Source: an uncultured Helicobacteraceae bacterium (lineage in GTDB: Bacteria > Campylobacterota > Campylobacteria > Campylobacterales > Helicobacteraceae). Taken from it: 24,000 bases of DNA. Within the stretch, counting starts at the first letter, position 1. Each line of letters begins with the position of its first letter. The DNA is taken from the NCBI GenBank assembly GCA_944323885.1, contig CALUUD010000002.1, forward strand, positions 447,308 to 471,307, in the 5' to 3' direction. Below the pieces are notes generated by a model that searched no databases, had not been told where the DNA came from, and saw only the letters and a program-made list of their open reading frames with translations. A program made the translations under genes and the position numbers. Of the stretch, positions 16,337 to 24,000 are shown piece by piece.

Positions 16337-17776
16337 ATGAAGTATGATGTAATTATAATTGGAGCTGGTGTAGCCGGATTGTATTGTGCTAGATTCTTGC
16401 CAAAAAATTTAAAAGTATTAATATTATGCAAAGCGCAACCTTGGGAATGTAATACATTCTATGCTCAAGGTGGAATAACAATAGCAAAAGACAAAGATGA
16501 TATACAACTTCATATAAATGATACCATTGATGCAGGAAGTAAGATAAATAATATAAATGCTGTTAAAATACTGAGCCAAAACAGCTTGGATATACTAGAT
16601 GATTTAATAAAGCAAGATTTTCAAATAGATAAAGAAAATAATTCAATATTATTTGCAAAAGAAGGTGGGCATACCATACCAAGAATAATCCATAGCAATG
16701 GAGATGGCACAGGTAGAATGCTGCATACACATCTAATAAAAAACTTACAACATACACTATGGAAAAATGCAATTGTTATTGATCTATTAATAGAAGATAC
16801 TAGAGCATATGGTGTTTGTGTAAAAACACAAAAAGGCTTAGTAAATATTTATGCCAACCATATTGTAATTGCAAGTGGTGGAGTAGGTGGACTTTTTAAA
16901 TATCACACAAATGCATATACAATAAGTAGTGATATACATGGAATTATTTTAGAACATAATTTAGAATTGAGAGATATGGAGATGCTTCAATTCCATCCAA
17001 CTGTATACACAAATTCAACACATGCAAGAAAACAACTCATAAGTGAAGCAGTGCGTGGTGATGGTGGTATTATTGTTGATACAAATAATAAAAGATTTTT
17101 ATTTGATTATGATAAGAGGGGAGAGCTTGCACCTAGAGATATAGTATCAAGAGCAATTTTTGATTATTGCAATAAAAATAATCAATATGCATTTCTTGAT
17201 TTGCAAAACTTCACACAAAAGCAATTTGAATATCGATTTCCAAATATTTATAGACAACTTACATCATATGGATTAAGAATTCCACAAGATAAGATTCCAA
17301 TTTCACCTGCTTTTCATTACTCAATGGGTGGTATTGCTACTGATTTAGAGGCAAAAGTATTAGGAATGGAAAATTTATATGCTATTGGAGAATGTGCAAA
17401 TAATGGAGTACACGGAGCAAATAGACTTGCATCAAATTCATTACTTGAAGGACTTGTGTTTGGAAAAGTTGCGGCAATGAAAATATTAGATTCTAGCATT
17501 AATATTGGAGAGAGAAATTTTCCACTTAATAATGAAATATTAGAAAAAGATGGTGATGAAAGATTAAAAAATGTATTAAGAGATATTATGTGGAATAAGG
17601 TTGGCATTGCAAGAACGCAAAGCGGGTTAGATTCTGCTCTTGGTGGTGTTGAAGTAATGCTTCTTGGAGAAATAGGTAGATTATTAAAACTTAGATTGCT
17701 AGTAGCAAAAAAGATCATTACATCAGCATTAAATAGAAAAGAAAGCCTAGGGGCACACTATAGAATTGATAATTAA
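16337..17776 (+). CDS. nadB: L-aspartate oxidase (NadB)
   Basis: 479 aa. FAD-binding YDVIIIGAGVAGLYCA, plus FYAQGGI, LQFHPT, LAPRDIVSRAI, HYSMGGI and GANRLASNSLLEGLVFG. Length and C-terminus fit NadB rather than SdhA/FrdA. Confidence 0.9.
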   Translation: MKYDVIIIGAGVAGLYCARFLPKNLKVLILCKAQPWECNTFYAQGGITIAKDKDDIQLHINDTIDAGSKINNINAVKILSQNSLDILDDLIKQDFQIDKENNSILFAKEGGHTIPRIIHSNGDGTGRMLHTHLIKNLQHTLWKNAIVIDLLIEDTRAYGVCVKTQKGLVNIYANHIVIASGGVGGLFKYHTNAYTISSDIHGIILEHNLELRDMEMLQFHPTVYTNSTHARKQLISEAVRGDGGIIVDTNNKRFLFDYDKRGELAPRDIVSRAIFDYCNKNNQYAFLDLQNFTQKQFEYRFPNIYRQLTSYGLRIPQDKIPISPAFHYSMGGIATDLEAKVLGMENLYAIGECANNGVHGANRLASNSLLEGLVFGKVAAMKILDSSINIGERNFPLNNEILEKDGDERLKNVLRDIMWNKVGIARTQSGLDSALGGVEVMLLGEIGRLLKLRLLVAKKIITSALNRKESLGAHYRIDN

Positions 17777-17838
17777 TATTGTGTAAATTTTAATATAAAG
17801 TTCAAAAAACTTTACAAAAATAACAATCTATTAATATA

Positions 17839-18531
17839 TTACATTATTTCATCAAGCATAGAAATAATAAATGACGCACTTTTCTTAGCAGAATCTACTA
17901 AAAACTCATCAAAACTAATATCTGCATTATCATCGGCACTATCACTAATTGCTCTTATTACACAAAATGGCATATTTAATAAACTAGAAACAACAGCAAT
18001 ACTAGCACCCTCCATCTCAACTGCACATGCTTTAAAATTATCAATAATCCATTGCTTTTTTTCTTTATTTGAAATAAAACTATCACCAGATGCAATAATT
18101 CCATATTTTAATTCTATATTTTGCTTATTAGCCACCTTTTTTGCTATTTCATTTAAAGTGTTATCTGTTTGAATATATAATTCACTTTCTGGTATGAAAC
18201 CAAGTGGATGACCAAATGCAGATATATCTACATCATATTGACAAAGAGAACTAGCAAGAACAATATCTCCAACTTTTAAATCACTACTAAGACCACCAGC
18301 TACACCAGTAAAAATTATGCAATCAGTTTTAAAATACAATCCCATAATAGAACAAGTTAATGAAGCATGAATCTTACCTATTTTACTATATGCAATCACT
18401 ATATTATGATTTTTATAAATAGCTGTATAAAATACATTTCCACCAACTACAACTTCCTTATACTCTTTCAAAAAACTTAATAATGGGGAGATTTCTTCTC
18501 TCATAGCACCAATAATACCTATTGTCTTCAT
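17839..18531 (-). CDS. mtnN: 5'-methylthioadenosine/S-adenosylhomocysteine nucleosidase (MTAN/Pfs); in this phylum it also serves the futalosine menaquinone route
   Basis: 230 aa. Motifs IGIIGAMREEI, FTGVAGGL, VEMEGASIA and IRAISD. AAGGA RBS. Lies 13 nt downstream of fabD. Confidence 0.9.
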   Translation of the reverse strand: MKTIGIIGAMREEISPLLSFLKEYKEVVVGGNVFYTAIYKNHNIVIAYSKIGKIHASLTCSIMGLYFKTDCIIFTGVAGGLSSDLKVGDIVLASSLCQYDVDISAFGHPLGFIPESELYIQTDNTLNEIAKKVANKQNIELKYGIIASGDSFISNKEKKQWIIDNFKACAVEMEGASIAVVSSLLNMPFCVIRAISDSADDNADISFDEFLVDSAKKSASFIISMLDEIM

Positions 18532-18544
18532 AAAAATCCTTAAT

Positions 18545-19459
18545 TTATTTTAAATCTTTTATTGCAGATTCTAAGCTATTGTTGTCTGAAATACAATAAG
18601 TAGGCTTAGATGTCAATCTTTTATTCAATCCTTTCAAGACACTTCCATGACCAAATTCAACAAAATAATCAACCCTATCATCATTATTAATGATTGATTG
18701 TTTATAGTAAACAGGTTTTACAAGTTGCATAGTTAATAACTCTAATGCCTTATCCTTAGTATTATAAGATTCCATTGTTGCATTTGAAATAATCTCAAAT
18801 CTAAAATTATCTAACAAATAATTATTTAATACATTACTAAACTCATATGTCATATTATCAAGTAAAGGACAATGACTAGCTACAGACATAGAAAGCATAA
18901 TGAATCTTTTTGCACCAAGTCTTTTTATATCATTCTCTATATGAATTAATGAATCTCGATATCCAGCAATAACAATCTGTCCACTACCATTATAATTAGC
19001 ACACCAAATATCATGTTTATCTTTACAAAAATCTTCAACAACTTCATCATCTAATCCAATCACTACAGCCATACCAGCATCAATACCATCACAAACATTT
19101 TGCATTAACTGTCCTCTTGTATAAACAAGTCTTATAGCATTCTCAAATGATATGCTACCTGATACAACATTAGCAGTTATTTCTCCTAAAGAATGACCAA
19201 GTGCAAATTCTGGCATGACATCTATATATTTACTAAAAAGTTTATAAGCAATATAACTTACAAGTAAAATAGCTGGTTGTGTAAATTGAGTTTTATTGAT
19301 ATCATTATTTTGATTAAAAAGTAAATTCTTCATATCTACTTTTAGAATATCACTAGAAATGCCAAATAATTCCTTTGCAATATCATAATTATCATAGAAA
19401 TCTTTACCCATACCAATTGCTTGGCTACCCTGACCAGGAAATAAAAATGCAACTTTCAT
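18545..19459 (-). CDS. fabD: Malonyl-CoA:ACP transacylase FabD
   Basis: 304 aa. Motifs FLFPGQGSQ, TQFTQPAIL and the active-site GHSLGE, with FVEFGHGSVL near the C-terminus. Confidence 0.93.
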   Translation of the reverse strand: MKVAFLFPGQGSQAIGMGKDFYDNYDIAKELFGISSDILKVDMKNLLFNQNNDINKTQFTQPAILLVSYIAYKLFSKYIDVMPEFALGHSLGEITANVVSGSISFENAIRLVYTRGQLMQNVCDGIDAGMAVVIGLDDEVVEDFCKDKHDIWCANYNGSGQIVIAGYRDSLIHIENDIKRLGAKRFIMLSMSVASHCPLLDNMTYEFSNVLNNYLLDNFRFEIISNATMESYNTKDKALELLTMQLVKPVYYKQSIINNDDRVDYFVEFGHGSVLKGLNKRLTSKPTYCISDNNSLESAIKDLK

Positions 19460-19471
19460 TATATATTTACC

Positions 19472-20047
19472 TTAATGACTACATCCACATCCACCACCAT
19501 GATGATGACCTCCACCACAGCAACCACCAGTATCATGATGATGACCTCCGCCACAGCAACCACTACTACCACTACTATAAGGCGGTATATAACTTACTAA
19601 CTCTTCTTCTGTTGGTTCTTTACTTGATAATATCTCAACATCAAATACTAAAGTTTTGCTAGATAATGGATGATTATAATCTATTATTACACTTGTTTCA
19701 CCAATTTCATCAACTACAACCTGAACAGTCTCACCATTATCACCTTGTCCAAAAAGTGTCATACCTTTTTTTAAATCTATACCTTGAAACTGATCCTTTG
19801 GAACCTCTTGTAAAAAATCTGGATTCCTTACACCATAAGCATCCTCTGGAGCAATCTCAACTTTAAATTTTTCACCAATATTCTTTCCTATTAACGCTTT
19901 TTCTAGACCTATAATAACTTGATTTTGTCCTAACAAAAAAATAAGTGGCTTTCCTTGATTATTACTAGAATCTAACACATCACCACTAACTTTATCTGTA
20001 ACCACATAATTAATAGAAACCAAATGACCATTTTCAACTTTACTCAT
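19472..20047 (-). CDS. slyD: FKBP-type peptidyl-prolyl isomerase SlyD with a Cys/His-rich metal-binding tail
   Basis: 191 aa. FKBP and IF domains (VSINYVVTD..PLIFLLGQNQVIIGLEKAL..VIIDYNHPLSSKTLVFDVEIL). The tail is SSGSSGCCGGGHHHDTGGCCGGGHHHGGGCGCSH. Confidence 0.92.
   Translation of the reverse strand: MSKVENGHLVSINYVVTDKVSGDVLDSSNNQGKPLIFLLGQNQVIIGLEKALIGKNIGEKFKVEIAPEDAYGVRNPDFLQEVPKDQFQGIDLKKGMTLFGQGDNGETVQVVVDEIGETSVIIDYNHPLSSKTLVFDVEILSSKEPTEEELVSYIPPYSSGSSGCCGGGHHHDTGGCCGGGHHHGGGCGCSH
19498..19563. repeat. Tandem duplication (36-nt period) encoding the GCCGGGHHH module of the SlyD tail
   Basis: CATGATGATGACCTCCACCACAGCAACCAC at 19498-19527 recurs at 19534-19563 with one mismatch (A>G). 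Confidence 0.85.
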
Positions 20048-20060
20048 TATTAGTCCTTTT

Positions 20061-20966
20061 TTATTTAGTTTTTATATATTTTTTTGCTTCTTTTGCTTCA
20101 ATACTATCTGGAAAAAGATTAATCAAAGCATTATAAAAATTTTGAGCATTGTTTTTATCCTTTAAAACCCTAAATGAATTAGCACTATTTAATAACAACC
20201 TAGGCATATATTTTGCTTTATCATCTAAAATAGCACTCTCCTTATAATAGTAAACAGCATCCTTATATCTATTTTGTTCATATGCAATATTTCCAAGCAT
20301 ATAATTAGACTCTGCTTTATTATAATTTATTTCTATGAGCCATTTATATCTAGCAATAGCATCGTCAAATTTCTTTGAATATGTAAGAGATCTAGCTTCC
20401 TTAAAAATTTCACTTCTTCTAGTGATATTTTTATCAAAAATGATATTGTTATCCAAAATACTCTTATTTTCATTTTTATTAGAAATCGTCGAATTGTTAT
20501 CAACGATGGCATTAATAGTGCTAGAATCTGTATTAAGAACTGTTGTATTAGAATCTATAATATATTTTTTATTACTTTTAATTTCGTTGGAGATTAATTC
20601 TTGAATTTGTTTTACATAAGAATCTATATTATCTTTTAATAGTTGAATATTATTACTATTCTTTGAAATATCACCTTTAATAATATCTAAATCATCACTA
20701 TTTCTTGAAGAATCATCAATAGAGCTAATTTTATCATTTAATTCTTTTAGATTAGACGAAACTCCTTCATAAATACTCATCAAACCCTCCAACGAGGTCT
20801 CTAGTTGTTTCACCCTATCTTCTAATCTAAATATACTATCTGATTGTTTACTATTTATACTTTTTAACTGTTCTAGCTCTTTTTTTGTTACACCATTTTG
20901 CATCTCAAAAACAGACGGCTCTTCAGCAAAAACAAAAAACGATACAAATAAAACTAGAAACTTCAC
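20061..20966 (-). CDS. ybgF: Tol-Pal system protein YbgF/CpoB-like (coiled coil plus TPR; Cj0114-like)
   Basis: Has a signal peptide (FFVFA/EEP), an N-terminal coiled coil, an N/S/D-rich linker and a C-terminal TPR region (YKWLIEINYNKAESNYMLGNIAYEQNRYKDAVYYYK..A..FYNALINLFPDS). GTG start. It sits directly after pal. Confidence 0.8.
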   Translation of the reverse strand: MKFLVLFVSFFVFAEEPSVFEMQNGVTKKELEQLKSINSKQSDSIFRLEDRVKQLETSLEGLMSIYEGVSSNLKELNDKISSIDDSSRNSDDLDIIKGDISKNSNNIQLLKDNIDSYVKQIQELISNEIKSNKKYIIDSNTTVLNTDSSTINAIVDNNSTISNKNENKSILDNNIIFDKNITRRSEIFKEARSLTYSKKFDDAIARYKWLIEINYNKAESNYMLGNIAYEQNRYKDAVYYYKESAILDDKAKYMPRLLLNSANSFRVLKDKNNAQNFYNALINLFPDSIEAKEAKKYIKTK

Positions 20967-21021
20967 TTTATTATTAATCTTTCAAAATAAGTAGCATCAT
21001 AGAAGAAAATTTCTTAAAATA

Positions 21022-21061
21022 TGAAACTAAAATCTAAATAAAGCATATTCTTTATTTAGAT
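21022..21061 (-). terminator. Rho-independent-type terminator after pal
   Basis: On the minus strand the sequence reads ATCTAAATAAAG-aatatg-CTTTATTTAGAT, a 12-bp perfect stem, followed at once by TTTAGTTTCATATTTT. It begins 6 nt after the pal stop. Confidence 0.6.
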
Positions 21062-21066
21062 AAAAT

Positions 21067-21612
21067 TCATTTTGCAACAAAATCAACTCTTCTATTTTCT
21101 TGCCAACATTGTTTTGTTTTTTCAATACATTTAGGCTTACTTTCTCCATAACTAACCAATTTAATAATATTAGCAGAAACGCCATTACTTACAAGTGCAT
21201 CTTTTGCAGATGAAGCTCGTTTTAATGCAAGTGCATAATTATATTCATCACTTCCCCATTCATCAGTATTGCCCTCTACCTTTAACTCAGAAATATTATT
21301 TGACATTACAAAATCAGCATTTGACTTAACAACAGAGATATTGTCACCATCAATGTTAAATTTATCAAATTTAAAGTATATAGATTTTAAAGAACCATAT
21401 CTATCACTATTCATACTACTCATATTAGACTCTGAATCTGACATACCACCACTTATCGTACTATTATTATCTACATTATCCGTATTACTATTTATACTCG
21501 AAGAATTATTATTCAAAGAATCCTCACTAGATTCCACATTTGCTTTATCAGAACATCCAATAATAAAAGCCAACACTAAAGAGCCAAAAAGCAATCCTTT
21601 TTTCAATTTCAT
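21067..21612 (-). CDS. pal: Peptidoglycan-associated lipoprotein Pal (OmpA-like; Omp18 type)
   Basis: Lipobox LAFIIGC, an S/N/D-rich linker of about 50 aa, then an OmpA_C domain (YFKFDKFNI..LKVEGNTDEWGSDEYNYALALKRASSAKDALVSNGV..SYGESKP..NRRVDF). GGAG RBS. Confidence 0.93.
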   Translation of the reverse strand: MKLKKGLLFGSLVLAFIIGCSDKANVESSEDSLNNNSSSINSNTDNVDNNSTISGGMSDSESNMSSMNSDRYGSLKSIYFKFDKFNIDGDNISVVKSNADFVMSNNISELKVEGNTDEWGSDEYNYALALKRASSAKDALVSNGVSANIIKLVSYGESKPKCIEKTKQCWQENRRVDFVAK

Positions 21613-21691
21613 ATTCTCCTATATTATTAAATAAATTAAATTACATTGGGCAGTATTCTACCTAAATATATAAAGGCTGTCAATATTGTCA

Positions 21692-22948
21692 TCACCAATC
21701 AATAGCTTGAATCTTTTCTTCTGGTAAAGGAAATAAATAGCTTTTATTATAATCTAATCTTATAATTCCAAGAGAACTCTCTTTATCAGTATTTTTAATA
21801 AACATTATACTTCCTCCATCTCTTGAAAATCTTGGCATTTGATTTATACCACTTGCAGTTAATCGTCTAATATAATCACTTTTTGTTGATATTAAATACA
21901 AATTAAAAATATTATTTCCAAATTCATTTTCACTCTCTCTACTTGAATAAACGATATATTCATTATAAGCACTTGCAGAACTATTATTTCTACCATGATA
22001 AACCATTTGATTTATCAATTTTGTTGATAAATCTAAGGAAAATATATTTGGATAACCAGTTCTATCTGAAATAAACATAATACTTTTCTCATTATTAATA
22101 AAATTCGCACCTACATCAATACCACTATAATTTGTAAGTCGCTGTGTATTGTTATTTTTAACATCATATAAATATACATCTGGTTGATTATTTGGTGCCA
22201 TACTTAATAGTAATTTACTTCCATCTTGACTTACATCAGATGCAATAATAATACCATCACTTGATAAAAGTTTTTCCATCTTTCCTGTATAAATATTATA
22301 TCTTACTAATGTTGGGGTATCAAAATACTTTGTAAAATAAATACTATCCTGTTCTTTATTAGCCCATTTCGGAAATATGTTTAGACCATTTCTTATAATT
22401 GTATTTTGAAATGTAAGAGTGTAATCAGCAATAACTATATGACTTTCTTTTGCTTGAGTATATTTTGAAAAAACAACAAATCTATTCATCCATTCAATAG
22501 ATGGAGCTTTAATATAATCATTAATATCTATTGCCATTTTATGAGATAAAAACGGGTATCTAGAATCTTGGCTAACTGTATACCTCTTAGACAAAACCAC
22601 CTGTTTTATGTTAATATCATAAACAACTAATGTTGCCAAAACTTCATTATTGTTAACATTTCCTTCTATATGTGCAACAAGATTTATATTTTTGTGTGAA
22701 TATTCCTCATAATTAATATTTTTATTCCCATTATTATTTTCTATAACATTAAAATGCCCACTTACCTTTAAATCAGCAACAAGCATTTTATAAATTTTAC
22801 TTCCAATTAAAGCATCATTTTTGTCTGTACTTAAATTTTCAACCATTATAGTTGGTAATTTGGTTGTATCTTTAACAATCTCAATTGTTGCATCTACTGC
22901 AAAAATATTACATACAAAGATAAAATAAACACACATCTTTCTTATCAT
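21692..22948 (-). CDS. tolB: Tol-Pal system beta-propeller protein TolB
   Basis: 418 aa with a signal peptide and an N-terminal TolB domain. WD40-like beta-propeller repeats follow (LLSMAPNNQPDVYLYDV, IMFISDRTGYPNIFSL, PRFSRDGGSIMF). The ATG overlaps the tolA stop (ATGA). Confidence 0.88.
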   Translation of the reverse strand: MIRKMCVYFIFVCNIFAVDATIEIVKDTTKLPTIMVENLSTDKNDALIGSKIYKMLVADLKVSGHFNVIENNNGNKNINYEEYSHKNINLVAHIEGNVNNNEVLATLVVYDINIKQVVLSKRYTVSQDSRYPFLSHKMAIDINDYIKAPSIEWMNRFVVFSKYTQAKESHIVIADYTLTFQNTIIRNGLNIFPKWANKEQDSIYFTKYFDTPTLVRYNIYTGKMEKLLSSDGIIIASDVSQDGSKLLLSMAPNNQPDVYLYDVKNNNTQRLTNYSGIDVGANFINNEKSIMFISDRTGYPNIFSLDLSTKLINQMVYHGRNNSSASAYNEYIVYSSRESENEFGNNIFNLYLISTKSDYIRRLTASGINQMPRFSRDGGSIMFIKNTDKESSLGIIRLDYNKSYLFPLPEEKIQAIDW

Positions 22949-23754
22949 TCACTCTCCTTTTTATTTCTAAAAACCACCTCTAAATTATCAAGTTTTATCC
23001 CATCTAAAGTTGGAAATTTTATATTTTTTAATTTTTCTAGAGATTTTTTTAACTCCATATCAAATATTGTATTATTTGATAACTTTTTAATAGTATAACT
23101 AAAATCTCCATTTTTACTAATCTTTATAATCACAATTGATGTTAATACTTCAACAAAACTGCTTTTAATATCCCAATTTGAATACAACAACTCTGATATT
23201 TTACTGCAATAATCTTTATAAGTATTACAAAACTTACTGGTGTTCATATTCTCTATAGATATATTTTGATTAAAACCATGTAATGTTTGAGCTAGGTTTT
23301 GTGTTGATTGTAAAATTTTATTTAATTTATCATTTTTATTAGTAGCTAAATTTTCCTGACTTTTTTTATTTAATGCAATTTTATCTCTGTTATCAGATAA
23401 ATTATCATTATTTTTTTGGTTTGGCTTTATAGTATCAACTTTTCTAAATAAATCACCTGCACCAAATCCTGAAATAGGAGATTTTGACCCAACCTTTTCA
23501 GCACTATTATTATCTTTAGAATCTTTTTTTAAAATATTATATTCTTCTGTTATATTATGACTTTTTTCTACTATATTACTTACTAAATCAATTTCAATAC
23601 TACTAATTTTACTTGGATTATTTATTGATAATTCTATTAAACTATTTGCTTGAAATAAACACATAAGAATAAATAGTATAAGTATATAAACAAATACAGC
23701 AAATATGCCACTAAGTATAAAATATATATTATCTACTGTATTAATTTTATCCAT
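22945..23754 (-). CDS. tolA: TolA-like / TonB_C-domain membrane-anchored protein
   Basis: 269 aa. One N-terminal transmembrane helix (IYFILSGIFAVFVYILILFILMCLF), a polar N/K/S-rich middle and a C-terminal alpha/beta domain (..IIKISKNGDFSYTIKKLSNNTIFDMELKKSLE..). Its position between tolR and tolB supports the call, and its start overlaps the tolR stop. Confidence 0.65.
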   Translation of the reverse strand: MDKINTVDNIYFILSGIFAVFVYILILFILMCLFQANSLIELSINNPSKISSIEIDLVSNIVEKSHNITEEYNILKKDSKDNNSAEKVGSKSPISGFGAGDLFRKVDTIKPNQKNNDNLSDNRDKIALNKKSQENLATNKNDKLNKILQSTQNLAQTLHGFNQNISIENMNTSKFCNTYKDYCSKISELLYSNWDIKSSFVEVLTSIVIIKISKNGDFSYTIKKLSNNTIFDMELKKSLEKLKNIKFPTLDGIKLDNLEVVFRNKKESE

Positions 23755-24000
23755 TTGTTATCAAAGATGCTTTTAGAAATCCTGCTTCTTTTATTGTTTT
23801 TAAAATAAAAACAACATCTCCATATATTATATCTTTATCAGCTCTTATTCGAACCTCTGTATTTTTATCATATTTGTTTGAAAGTAAATTAAAACTATCA
23901 GCAAAATTTTTATATGAATACATAGAATCTTTAATGTAAATATTTTTTTTCTTATCAATACGAATTTCAATAATAGGCTCATCTAAAACTTTTTGTGTTT
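23747..24000 (-). CDS. tolR: TolR/ExbD biopolymer transport protein, N-terminus outside the window
   Basis: Not in the ORF track. My own minus-strand translation from the window edge gives ..TQKVLDEPIIEIRIDKKKNIYIKDSMYSYKNFADSFNLLSNKYDKNTEVRIRADKDIIYGDVVFILKTIKEAGFLKASLITNG*. This matches the ExbD/TolR C-terminal pattern (v.i.aD....yg.vv.vm......G...v.l.t). The stop is at 23747-23749. Confidence 0.75.
   Translation of the reverse strand, partial: TQKVLDEPIIEIRIDKKKNIYIKDSMYSYKNFADSFNLLSNKYDKNTEVRIRADKDIIYGDVVFILKTIKEAGFLKASLITNG

Noticed and set aside
17795-17818. A short hairpin (TAAAGTT-caaaa-AACTTTA) between convergent nadB and mtnN.
   Set aside because: The stem is 7 bp and nearly all A/T, with no convincing U-tract for either gene. 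It is too weak to call a terminator.
19375-19662. A plus-strand 95-aa ORF rich in His/Asp (HHHDDDLHHSNHQYHDDDLRHSNH) that looks like a metal-binding peptide.
   Set aside because: It is the mirror image of the SlyD Cys/His tail codons and the fabD start region on the opposite strand. The repeat it shows is the same 36-nt duplication. There is no independent support.

Overview
This is an AT-rich chromosomal segment (roughly 25-30% GC by eye). Gene content and synteny match a Campylobacterota genome of the Campylobacter/Helicobacter type. Coding density is high and almost every gene is housekeeping.

Genes, left to right:
- xseA (5' partial) and a DASS-family anion transporter
- a DUF3943-like exported protein
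- flgI behind a clear sigma54 promoter
- hypF
- ybgC and a DUF493 (HP0495-like) gene
- tRNA-Leu(UAG)
- ribA and a Cd/Zn-type P1B ATPase
- tmRNA (ssrA)
- an orphan HsdR_N-type PD-(D/E)xK nuclease-like gene
- thyX, a SEDS (FtsW/RodA) protein and uvrC with an overlapping upstream small gene
- nadB
- a long minus-strand cluster: tolR(partial)-tolA-tolB-pal | ybgF-slyD-fabD-mtnN. From memory this is the same order as C. jejuni Cj0110-Cj0117.

I found no CRISPR array, integrase, transposase, IS element, long poly-G/C phase tract or convincing multi-gene novel system. This looks like an ordinary core region.

The most accessory-looking element is the single nuclease-like gene 12 nt from the tmRNA 3' end. 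Its role is only an inference.

Other items worth a second look:
- three copies of the heptamer ATGAAAA at the ybgC/DUF493 junction; losing one copy would fuse the two genes
- bacterial N-glycosylation sequons clustered in the Pal and YbgF linkers, including a shared octapeptide VDNNSTIS encoded by different codons
- a hairpin built from the coding 3' ends of convergent ribA and the ATPase gene
- a possible 27-codon mini-lipoprotein ORF upstream of nadB
- a duplicated Cys/His module in the SlyD tail
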